Positions 13,530 to 25,500 of a stretch of DNA of 53,242 nucleotides are shown here, in pieces. This DNA comes from Nemertoderma westbladi (taxonomy: Eukaryota; Animalia; Xenacoelomorpha). The DNA is taken from contig JAUCBJ010008090.1 of NCBI GenBank assembly GCA_032718475.1, positions 1 to 53,242 of the forward strand, written 5' to 3'. The notes beneath the pieces are model-generated. The model worked only from the letters and a program-made list of their open reading frames with translations. It had not been told where the DNA came from and did not search any database. A program made the translations under genes and the position numbers. Within the stretch, counting starts at the first letter, position 1; every line of letters starts with the position of its first letter.

Positions 13530-14135
13530 ATATACTGTATTATACTACATTATATTTGGATTAGAGGAATGGTGGTTCTGAGTTATCAGCAATTGATTAA
13601 TGTATCATAAATAGTTATGATTTTATTTAAGGGTAGTATTTTTATAAAAAATTTTTGAAGAATTTGAAGATTGAGAGGTTGAGACCTGATTCAAATCCCA
13701 CCTCAACGCATTAATATCTCGTCTCTATTAAAACTAACAATTTAGGGATAGGTGCAGGTTACAGTGGTACATTCTAGCCTAAAAACAATAAACTAAAGTC
13801 AATATACAGTTATTGATCGATACAGTTATTATTCAGATATTATTTGCGTCTATTTTCCATTCCACTGGAGAGGGATGAATTTTGATATTTTGAATTAATT
13901 CATTATGTCCGGTGATGTTATCTTTTTATGTCCGCGGAAATTGCTACGGTAATGCTGCTCTCTTAGGCTATTTGTATGGAGCAGTATACTGTAGGTATAA
14001 AGCCTTACAAATATACTGTATTATACTACAATATATTTGGATTAGAGGAATGGTGGTTCTGTGTTAATCAACAATTATTTATTAATGTATCATAAGTAAT
14101 AATGATTTGATTTTAAGGGATGTATTTTTATTTAA
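13530..14135 (+). repeat. Pair of diverged ~110-bp direct repeats (~13530-13645 and ~14010-14130)
   Basis: Shared TATACTGTATTATACTAC..ATATTTGGATTAGAGGAATGGTGGTTCTG..TTAATGTATCATAA. Confidence 0.8.
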
Positions 14136-15143
14136 GTATTTCAATGTATGTTGTTGCTGAAGTAGTTATATTTGTTATAATGTGGTCGATACAGGATTTA
14201 CTCCAGGGAGTTACTCGGGTAGGATCGTGTATTAGTTGAATGAAACCGTAGGTGTTTAGAATGTTTATGTATTCAGTAGGTTTGTCTTTAGAAGTTGGTA
14301 GTAGGTCGATGTTACTGTCACCAGTAATAATTACGTCGCATCTGGTGTTAGCTAGAGTAGAAAGAGTCGAGTCAAGAAGAGTGAAAAAATCGTCGCGTTT
14401 CATAGTTTCCGGTCGGTATAGAGTTCCTACAAGTAAAGGTTTGGATTTGGGGCGTTTAATTTCTATCCATGAGTTTTCAAGGTCCTTCATTTTCAAATCT
14501 TGTCTTTCCGAAACCTCAAAATGTTCCTTCACATATATTGCCGTACCACCCCTGTCAAGTTTACCTGCTTTACGATTATCTATAAAAATGGTGTTTTGTA
14601 GCCATTTATTTTCAGTTGGTCTATGTTCGATTGGTCCTTTAAAAATGTTTCTGAGAAAGTTAGTACGTCAAATTTTTGATCAATTAATAATAAAAAGTCA
14701 GTTACAGATGATATATTTTTTGGGAGGCTACGGCAATTAAAATTAAAAATAGAAAATGAAGGAAAATTATTTTGATTTTTGATTTCTGCATTGAAACTTT
14801 GTTCTGTGTAGGTACCTCCATTTATATTAAGGTATGTGATATTATCATCAGCGTCTAAATGTGAAAAAGTTTGGTTCAATATATTTGAGTCAGGTAAAAC
14901 ATCGGGAATTGGGAAAATATCTGGGTCGTTGATTTCTACAGAGGAAAATGGAAAAATTAGTGGAAAACAGTGAATACAGTAAATATTGGTACCACAGCGC
15001 ACAGCGTCAGTCAGTTCGGATGGGAGTAGACATGAGCCGCAGGGTAAATGAAAATGATTTTTACAAATAGAACAACTAAATTTATGATCGGAGGATTCGA
15101 ATCTCGAGAAGCAGAAAGAACAAGATTGTGTTATGTGGGGCAT
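14128..15143 (-). pseudogene. CR1/L2-type LINE ORF2 5' part: PHD finger plus AP-like endonuclease, frameshifted, RT missing
   Basis: C4HC3-like CSFC..CSIC..HFHLPC..CIHC, then FNCRSL, FSETFL, RGGTAIYV, LYRP, IITGDSNID, PTRVT and CIDHI. The two ORFs join by a frameshift at ~14585. Confidence 0.85.
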
Positions 15144-15791
15144 GGGAAGAGAGAGGGGGGGGCGGGGGGGGGGGGTTATAGAAAATAATAATACACAAAA
15201 CTATCTATAGATAAAACACAAGTTATTTAGCTAATAAATGGAGATTGGTAAGTATTTGGTAGAATTCCCAAATACCTGATGTCGTACGTTAAATACCCGG
15301 AACCGGTAGACCCGAGAACAGCATTAAATATTAGAATACCTTCTAATATACGTACAGCAAAAAAAAAAAATAAAATAAAATACCCACATAAGCAAATAAC
15401 ATGAATGAATTTTGCAAGTACATATTATAGAAACGGATTTCTCAGCTTGATTTGATTAAACTGGCACTTATTACCTGATTAATCACCTGATAGTGCTATG
15501 GGACTCCAACCTAGAAGTTCAATATTTTCAATAAAAAAAAAATATACCTATTAATATATCTCCTACAGTTAACAGTTATTTTGGTTCTGTTGCTCGCACT
15601 ACAATATAAATACAATACCAAAACATGCACACTAGACATCAATCAATCAGTCCTAAATCAAACTAAACATTGTTTAATCCCACACTTCTTCTCCCAATGC
15701 CGCTGACCATTGTATCTCTTCTATTTATACTTCTTTTTCTTTCGCTTTCTTGTCTCAAAAATAAAGCCCCTATTCCTGTATTAACAATATC

Positions 15792-15920
15792 TTATATAAT
15801 GTTCCCTTTCCTCTCCTGGGAAGCAATGCGCTTTTATAAAAGGACACTGTACTATTTATATAATGTTCCCTTTCCTCTCCTGGGAAGCAATGCGCTTTTA
15901 TAAAAGGACACTGTACTATT
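15792..15920. repeat. Perfect 64-bp tandem duplication
   Basis: TTATATAATGTTCCCTTTCCTCTCCTGGGAAGC...CTGTACTAT occurs twice. Confidence 0.9.
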
Positions 15921-16036
15921 TTTTCGTTCGGGAAGTTCTTTAGTTCTTATAATTCTAGTTCGGGAAGTTCTTATATGTCTTATATATCTATCTGAATGAA
16001 CCCTATGAGTAGCATCAGATGGGCATATAAGATATT

Positions 16037-16160
16037 CCCTGTCCTTTGTACCAAAATGCTAACTTATTATTTAATAGAAAACTTGAGTAAGAATATATCA
16101 TATCCCTGTCCATTGTACCAATATGCTAACTTATTATTTAACAGAAACCTTGAGTAAGGC
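16037..16160. repeat. ~66-bp imperfect tandem duplication
   Basis: CCCTGTCC.TTGTACCA..ATGCTAACTTATTATTTTAA.AGAAA.CTTGAGTAAG occurs twice. Confidence 0.85.
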
Positions 16161-16887
16161 AAACTTAACTTTAATGTTATTTAAAAAAAGAAATGTTATG
16201 AATTAATTTTTATGTGATTTTTATTTATTTAGAAGGCTGTAATTTTAATGGAATTTCACTGGGAATTTTGTGGCAAATGCTGATGACGGATTGAAGTTAA
16301 GTGACATTATTATAACAGAATAATAAAGAAAAATCTAACTGCTTTTCATTTACATCCGCCAATTTAAAGCCAGTAAAAAAATATTCCTATTGGAATTTAA
16401 CGTATCATATGAACTATTCGATTAATGCGAATATTCTCAGAAACACTTAAACTTTAATATATTAATGAATATTAATAAATTAGTACTGTATATGAGTATG
16501 TTCCAAAAAACTCCTACTGCGCAAAAAAAAGGATTCAAACAATCAATTTACAATTTGAAATTTCTAAATTAATTTATATGAATTCCATCTAATTGCAAAC
16601 AACAAAAAACAGGTGTAAATCGAAAATAGAGATGTTACAAATCATATTTCATAAAATGAAATATGATAAATTGTTATACTATTATAATAATATATATATT
16701 AACTATTATAAACTATTTGATATAAACTATTATTAACTATTGATAAACTATTATAAAAAACGTAGGTCCTTCATAAATTACAGAATATTATATTATATTG
16801 TAATATAATAAAAACTATTTACATACGGTAAAATTGAACATATGTTAAAATTGTTCGGTAAAATGGTAATTATATTAAATTATATAC

Positions 16888-17112
16888 GATGAGTAGCTCA
16901 GTTGGTTGAGCGCCGGGCCTGCAATCTATTGGTTGTAGGTTCAGCCCCGCCATGGTCCACTCAGCCTTTCATCCACTGGGGTCGATGAAATGAGTACCAG
17001 TTAAGTAACTGGGAGCAAATCTTGGGATAGGAGTAGCACCCACCCCTACCCTTGGGTAGCTGCTATCGAAAGAGGAGCCTTCGGGTCGCCTCTGGCTTTG
17101 GCCGAACGAACA
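16888..17112 (+). mobile_element. tRNA-derived SINE with Nin-type central domain
   Basis: A box TAGCTCAGTTGG (16894), degenerate B box GGTTCAGCCCC (16938), followed by ACTCAGCCTTTCATCC..GGTCGATGAAATGAGTACCAG resembling the conserved Nin/Sauria-type SINE core. Confidence 0.75.
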
Positions 17113-17849
17113 TTGGTAGTGCGTGTAAATTAAGCCACAACACTGTAAAGTTATGGGATCAAACACTGTAAAGTTATGTACAGGTATCGTTATTATCTAT
17201 TCCTTTTAAATTTCTTGCGCTATAGCGTTTCTTACGCTGTGACATGCGCTCTCTCTTTTGATGTTCATAAAGAGAGAGAATCGATAGGTCATCTGCGTAG
17301 GGACACCAAATACTGCTGGCTTCGTTCCCCACAGCGATATTCCGATGTACTTGCCCATCTGGTGCTTCATGTTTGGCAGTAAAATATCAGTGGTAAACTA
17401 GGCACTGCCGCTTCCCTTTAAAGATACATCTGGCCCCAAACCAAATTCTATCAATTTCATGAATCAATCTTGCCACTAGAATACTCTGTCTTTCTGAGCC
17501 TGGTGAAGATGTGGTGGTGTCGTTGCTAATTCTCCAATGCCCTCTGTGAGTACAGCTGGGGCGATATTTACCTCAGGGACAGGTGGTTCACGATGAAAGG
17601 CTGTTGTAGCAGCTCTTGATGTCCCCTGGACAAGGAGTTCCCCCAAGTCCTTGATCTACGTCAGTGGAATCTTTATTCTCAGTTCCATAATTAGACGCCA
17701 GATTGTGCTTCTTCTGCCTGTCAAGTAACCAGTTCTTTGCTAAAGCAGAAGAAAATTATAGAACAACAGAAGAACTTTGTCTCTTATGGCAGCCTGGGTA
17801 CATTCCTGGGTAGTCTTTTGGTACAAGGACATAGCCTTATCGGGAAGCA

Positions 17850-18924
17850 GGACAATTCGGTCCCGGACAATTCGGTCCAGACAATTTGGTCCCGGACAAT
17901 TCGGTCCCGGACAATTCGGTCCCATTAATTTTATGTTTTGGGACCGAATTGTCCGGGACCGAATTGTCCGGATACTGACTAGGACAATTCGGTCCCAAAA
18001 CATGCATATTAATGGGACCGAATTGTCCGGGACCGAATTGTCCAGGACCGAATTATCCGGGACCGAATTGTCCGGGACCAATTTGTCCGGGACCAAATTT
18101 AATTGGTACTATATAATGGTGAATGTTCTAGAACCTTAATATATATTATTATATGGTAGCTAGTATTTTTTTTTGCTAGCTAGTATTTTTTTTTTTTAAT
18201 AAAAAAAAATTTACTTTTTTTGTTAACATTATTATTTATGGTAGCTATGGTGTTTTTATGGAGCTTGTTAATTATTTACTAGCTAGTAATAGTATGTATT
18301 TAAACTATTTAAAGCTGATTTTTTTTAATATATTGCGTAAGTATACTGTATGTGTTGTTGGTTGGATAACAAGCCTAAATTATTATCCTAGATAATAGCT
18401 GGATCTCATTCATATTTATAATATCATCAATATTGTTGGTAATTAATATAATCAGCAACAGTTTAGGCCTAATTCTGAAATATCAATGTTTTCACAGGTA
18501 TTTTTATAATTTCAAGGAAATACTAGCTAGTAAAAAAAAACACTAGCTACACCTTAATAAATAATATATAATAATGTTCTCGAACACTACCAATAACAAA
18601 AATAAAAAAAAATACAGTATTTTTAAAATTTCAAAAAGTTCTAGCAAGTATATAACACTAGCTACCATAACAAATATCTCTACTAATGTTCTAGAACATT
18701 CACCAATTTCAAAAAAGCACTAAAAAGTTGCTATCAGGAACTGGACAATTCGGTCCCGGACAATTCGGTCCCGAACAATTCGGTCCTAGGACAATTCGGT
18801 CCTAGGACAATTCGGTCCCGAACAATTCTGTCCCGGACAATTCGGTCCCATTTATTTAGTGTTTTGGGACCGAATTGTCCGGGACCGAATTGTCCGGGAC
18901 CGAATTGTCCGGACCGAATTGTCC
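17850..18924. repeat. Composite foldback element: two palindromic arrays of 15-bp GGACAATTCGGTCCC units around an AT-rich core
   Basis: Direct and inverted units at 17850-18096 and 18743-18924. Core bounded by TGGTGAATGTTCTAGAAC (18117) and GTTCTAGAACATTCACCA (18688-18705). Confidence 0.85.
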
Positions 18925-19086
18925 GGTATAAGCTAGCACTTAAAAGTGCTGTTTGGGTTGGATATATAGCAATGCCTGTCATATACTGCGTTATAAGCTA
19001 GCACTTAAAAGTGTTGTTTGGGTTGTAGGGAACCATTCTTAGTGATAACTTTATAAATTTTGATGTAGGCCTCGGCATATGACAGA

Positions 19087-19500
19087 TACTACTACTAGGT
19101 CGAGCGAACTCGGACAGTGGAAATGAGATCCTTTCAGACTTCCTGATTCTCCATAGTTGTCGCAATTTCGTTTCTCCCAAGTTCAGTATCCCTTTCAAGT
19201 TGATCTATATATGTTATGGCCGGTCGTCCACGACTTTGCTTTCCATGAGTTGGTTGCCAGAGAAGTAGATCTGGTATGACCTCGTCTTTACTTCGCCAGC
19301 AGTGCCCACTGAATTTTAATCTGCGTTCACAGAGGGTGGTTGATACAGGTGGTATTGTACCATAAAGCTCGGCGTTTGTCATGTGTTGTCTCCAGCTGAT
19401 GTTTAGGGCTGCCCTTAGTATAGTAGTCTTGTGTAGCAACCATTAATTCGTTTTCAAGTGATTTAGTCAGTGTCCAGGTCTCACCCCTGTATAAAAATAC
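19087..19500 (-). mobile_element. 5'-truncated RTE LINE (second family), 3' end with (TAG)n tail
   Basis: VFLY.GETWTLT, LRAALNISW.QH.TN.ELYG, RRLKFSGHCWR, LLLWQPTHG..RGRP. Tail TACTACTACTAG at 19087. Confidence 0.85.
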
Positions 19501-22500
19501 ACTAGTTTACCAGGTTCCATATTGTTACGTCGTCCCACGCCACTAGTTTACCAGGTTCCATATTGTTACATCGACCCACGCCACTAGTTTACCAGGTTCC
19601 ATACTGTTACGTAGACCCACGCCACTAGTTTACCAGGTTCCATATTGTTACGTCGTCCCACGCCACTAGTTTACCAGGTTCCATATTGTTACATCGACCC
19701 ACGCCACTAGTTTACCAGGTTCCATACTGTTACGTAGACCCACGCCACTAGTTTACCAGGTTCCATATTGTTACGTCGTCCCACGCCACTAGTTTACCAG
19801 GTTCCATAATGTTACAGCGACCCACGCCACTAGTTTACCAGGTTCCATAATGTTACAGCGACCCACGCCACTAGTTTACCAGGTTCCATACTGTTACGTA
19901 GACCCACGCCACTAGTTTACCAGGTTCCATATTGTTACGTCGTCCCACGCCACTAGTTTACCAGGTTCCATATTGTTACATCGACCCACGCCACTAGTTT
20001 ACCAGGTTCCATACTGTTACGTAGACCCACGCCACTAGTTTACCAGGTTCCATATTGTTACATCGACCCACGCCACTAGTTTACCAGGTTCCATACTGTT
20101 ACGTAGACCCACGCCACTAGTGTACCAGGTTCCATACTGTTACGTAGACCCACGCCACTAGTTTACCAGGTTCCATATTGTTACATCGACCCACGCCACT
20201 AGTTTACCAGGTTCCATATTGTTACGTCGTCCCACGCCACTAGTTTACCAGGTTCCATATTGTTACATCGACCCACGCCACTAGTTTACCAGGTTCCATA
20301 CTGTTACGTAGACCCACGCCACTAGTTTACCAGGTTCCATATTGTTACGTCGTCCCACGCCACTAGTTTACCAGGTTCCATATTGTTACGTCGTCCCACG
20401 CCACTAGTTTACCAGGTTCCATATTGTTACATCGACCCACGCCACTAGTTTACCAGGTTCCATACTGTTACGTAGACCCACGCCACTAGTTTACCAGGTT
20501 CCATATTGTTACGTCGTCCCACGCCACTAGTTTACCAGGTTCCATATTGTTACATCGACCCACGCCACTAGTTTACCAGGTTCCATACTGTTACGTAGAC
20601 CCACGCCACTAGTTTACCAGGTTCCATATTGTTACGTCGTCCCACGCCACTAGTTTACCAGGTTCCATATTGTTACATCGACCCACGCCACTAGTTTACC
20701 AGGTTCCATACTGTTACGTAGACCCACGCCACTAGTTTACCAGGTTCCATATTGTTACGTCGTCCCACGCCACTAGTTTACCAGGTTCCATATTGTTACA
20801 TCAACCCACGCCACTAGTTTACCACGTTCCATACTGTTACGTAGACCCACGCCACTAGTGTACCAGGTTCCATACTGTTACGTAGACCCACGCCACTAGT
20901 TTACCAGGTTCCATATTGTTACATCGACCCACGCCACTAGTTTACCAGGTTCCATATTGTTACGTCGTCCCACGCCACTAGTTTACCAGGTTCCATATTG
21001 TTACATCGACCCACGCCACTAGTTTACCAGGTTCCATACTGTTACGTAGACCCACGCCACTAGTTTACCAGGTTCCATATTGTTACGTCGTCCCACGCCA
21101 CTAGTTTACCAGGTTCCATATTGTTACATCGACCCACGCCACTAGTTTACCAGGTTCCATACTGTTACGTAGACCCACGCCACTAGTTTACCAGGTTCCA
21201 TATTGTTACGTCGTCCCACGCCACTAGTTTACCAGGTTCCATATTGTTACATCGACCCACGCCACTAGTTTACCAGGTTCCATACTGTTACGTAGACCCA
21301 CGCCACTAGTTTACCAGGTTCCATATTGTTACGTCGTCCCACGCCACTAGTTTACCAGGTTCCATATTGTTACATCGACCCACGCCACTAGTTTACCAGG
21401 TTCCATACTGTTACGTAGACCCACGCCACTAGTTTACCAGGTTCCATATTGTTACGTCGTCCCACGCCACTAGTTTACCAGGTTCCATATTGTTACGTCG
21501 TCCCACGCCACTAGTTTACCAGGTTCCATATTGTTACATCGACCCACGCCACTAGTTTACCAGGTTCCATATTGTTACGTCGTCCCACGCCACTAGTTTA
21601 CCAGGTTCCATATTGTTACGTCGTCCCACGCCACTAGTTTACCAGGTTCCATATTGTTACGTCGTCCCACGCCACTAGTTTACCAGGTTCCATATTGTTA
21701 CGTCGTCCCACGCCACTAGTTTACCAGGTTCCATACTGTTACGTAGACCCACGCCACTAGTTTACCAGGTTCCATATTGTTACGTCGGCCCACGCCACTA
21801 GTTTACCAGGTTCCATATTGTTACATCGACCCACGCCACTAGTTTACCAGGTTCCATACTGTTACGTAGACCCACGCCACTAGTTTACCAGGTTCCATAT
21901 TGTTACGTCGTCCCACGCCACTAGTTTACCAGGTTCCATAATGTTACAGCGACCCACGCCACTAGTTTACCAGGTTCCATACTGTTACGTAGACCCACGC
22001 CACTAGTTTACCAGGTTCCATATTGTTACGTCGTCCCACGCCACTAGTTTACCAGGTTCCATATTGTTACATCGACCCACGCCACTAGTTTACCAGGTTC
22101 CATACTGTTACGTAGACCCACGCCACTAGTTTACCAGGTTCCATATTGTTACGTCGTCCCACGCCACTAGTTTACCAGGTTCCATATTGTTACATCGACC
22201 CACGCCACTAGTTTACCAGGTTCCATACTGTTACGTAGACCCACACCACTAGTTTACCAGGTTCCATACTGTTACGTAGACCCACGCCACTAGTTTACCA
22301 GGTTCCATATTGTTACATCGACCCACGCCACTAGTTTACCAGGTTCCATATTGTTACGTCGTCCCACGCCACTAGTTTACCAGGTTCCATATTGTTACAT
22401 CGACCCACGCCACTAGTTTACCAGGTTCCATACTGTTACGTAGACCCACGCCACTAGTTTACCAGGTTCCATATTGTTACGTCGTCCCACGCCACTAGTT

Positions 22501-25500
22501 TACCAGGTTCCATATTGTTACATCGACCCACGCCACTAGTTTACCAGGTTCCATACTGTTACGTAGACCCACGCCACTAGTTTACCAGGTTCCATATTGT
22601 TACGTTGTCCCACGCCACTAGTTTACCAGGTTCCATATTGTTACATCGACCCACGCCACTAGTTTACCAGGTTCCATACTGTTACGTAGACCCACGCCAC
22701 TAGTTTACCAGGTTCCATATTGTTACGTCGTCCCACGCCACTAGTTTACCAGGTTCCATATTGTTACGTCGTCCCACGCCACTAGTTTACCAGGTTCCAT
22801 ATTGTTACGTCGTCCCACGCCATTAGTTTACCAGGTTCCATATTGTTACATCGACCCACGCCACTAGTTTACCAGGTTCCATATTGTTACGTCGTCCCAC
22901 GCCACTAGTTTACCAGGTTCCATATTGTTACATCGACCCACGCCACTAGTTTACCACGTTCCATACTGTTACGTAGACCCACGCCACTAGTTTACCAGGT
23001 TCCATATTGTTACGTCGTCCCACGCCACTAGTTTACCAGGTTCCATATTGTTACATCGACCCACGCCACTAGTTTACCAGGTTCCATACTGTTACGTAGA
23101 CCCACGCCACTAGTTTACCAGGTTCCATATTGTTACATCGACTCACGCCACTAGTTTACCAGGTTCCATATTGTTACGTCGTCCCACGCCACTAGTTTAC
23201 CAGGTTCCATATTGTTACATCGACCCACGCCACTAGTTTACCAGGTTCCATATTGTTACATCGACCCACGCCACTAGTTTACCAGGTTCCATATTGTTAC
23301 ATCGACCCACGCCACTAGTTTACCAGGTTCCATAATGTTACGTAGACCCACGCCACTAGTTTACCAGGTTCCATACTGTTACGTAGACCCACGCCACTAG
23401 TTTACCAGGTTCCATATTGTTACATCGACCCACGCCACTAGTTTACCAGGTTCCATATTGTTACGTCTTCCCACGCCACTAGTTTACCAGGTTCCATATT
23501 GTTACATCGACCCACGCCACTAGTTTACCAGGTTCCATACTGCTACGTAGACCCACGCCACTAGTTTACCAGGTTCCATACTGTTACGTAGACCCACGCC
23601 ACTAGTTTACCAGGTTCCATATTGTTACGTCGTCCCACGCCACTAGTTTACCAGGTTCCATATAGTTACGTCGTCCCACGCCACTAGTTTACCAGGTTCC
23701 ATACTGTTACGTAGACCCACGCCACTAGTTTACCAGGTTCCATATTGTTACGTCGTCCCACGCCACTAGTTTACCAGGTTCCATATTGTTACATCGACCC
23801 ACGCCACTAGTTTACCAGGTTCCATACTGTTACGTAGACCCACGCCACTAGTTTACCAGGTTCCATATTGTTACGTCGTCCCACGCCACTAGTTTACCAG
23901 GGTTCCATATTGTTACGTCGTCCCACGCCACTAGTTTACCAGGTTCCATACTGTTACGTCGTCCCACGCCACTAGTTTACCAGGTTCAATACTGTTACGT
24001 CGTCCCACGCCACTAGTTTACCAGGTTCCATATTGTTACATCGACCCACGCCACTAGTTTACCAGGTTCCATATTGTTACGTCGTCCCACGCCACTAGTT
24101 TACCAGGTTCCATATTGTTACGTCGTCCCACGCCACTAGTTTACCAGGTTCCATATTGTTACATCGACCCACGCCACTAGTTTACCAGGTTCCATATGTT
24201 ACGTCGTCCCACGCCACTAGTTTACCAGGTTCCATATGTTACGTCGTCCCACGCCACTAGTTTACCAGGTTCCATATTGTTACGTCGTCCCACGCCACTA
24301 GTTTACCAGGTTCCATATTGTTACGTCGTCCCACGCTACTAGTTTACCAGGTTCCATATTGTTACGTCGTCCCACGCCACTAGTTTACCAGGTTCCATAT
24401 TGTTACGTCGTCCCACGCCACTAGTTTACCAGGTTCCATATTGTTACGTCGTCCCACGCTACTAGTTTACCAGGTTCCATATTGTTACGTCGTCCCACGC
24501 CACTAGTTTACCAGGTTCCATATGTTACGTCGTCCCACGCTACTAGTTTACCAGGTTCCATATTGTTACGTCGTCCCACGCTACTAGTTTACCAGGTTCC
24601 ATATTGTTACGTCGTCCCACGCCACTAGTTTACCAGGTTCCATATTGTTACGTAGACCCACGCCACTACTTTACCAGGTTCCATATTGTTACGTCGTCCC
24701 ACGCCACTAGTTTACCAGGTTCCATATTGTTACGTCGTCCCACGCCACTAGTTTACCAGGTTCCATATTGTTACGTCGTCCCACGCCACTAGTTTACCAG
24801 GTTCCATATGTTACGTCGTCCCACGCCACTAGTTTACCAGGTTCCATATTGTTACGTCGTCCCACGCTACTAGTTTACCAGGTTCCATATTGTTACGTCG
24901 TCCCACGCCACTAGTTTACCAGGTTCCATATTGTTACGTCGTCCCACGCCACTAGTTTACCAGGTTCCATATTGTTACATCGACCCACGCTACTAGTTTA
25001 CCAGGTTCCATATTGTTACGTCGTCCCACGCCACTAGTTTACCAGGTTCCATATGTTACGTCGTCCCACGCCACTAGTTTACCAGGTTCCATATTGTTAC
25101 GTAGACCCACGCCACTAGTTTACCAGGTTCCATATTGTTACGTCGTCCCACGCTACTAGTTTACCAGGTTCCATATTGTTACGTCGTCCCACGCTACTAG
25201 TTTACCAGGTTCCATATTGTTACGTCGTCCCACGCCACTAGTTTACCAGGTTCCATATGTTACGTCGTCCCACGCCACTAGTTTACCAGGATCCATATTG
25301 TTACGTCGTCCCACGCCACTAGTTTACCAGGTTCCATATGTTACGTCGTCCCACGCCACTAGTTTACCAGATACTGTTACGTAGACCCACGCCACTAGTT
25401 TACCAGGTTCCATACTGTTACGTCGTCCCACGCCACTAGTTTACCAGGTTCCATATTGTTACATCGACCCACGCCACTAGTTTACCAGGTTCCATATTGT

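Noticed and set aside
16888-16960. tRNA gene (Cys-like)
   Set aside because: Degenerate B box, no proper acceptor or anticodon stems, and it continues into a SINE body.
17300-17840. GC-richer, possibly coding remnant on the minus strand
   Set aside because: Stops in the frames examined and no recognisable motif.
17740-18982. GPGQF / RTIRS / GTELS repeat ORFs
   Set aside because: Translations of the 15-bp palindromic arrays.
19501-19541. CENP-B box in the monomer
   Set aside because: TTCG-N4-A-N2-CGGG is not present on either strand.
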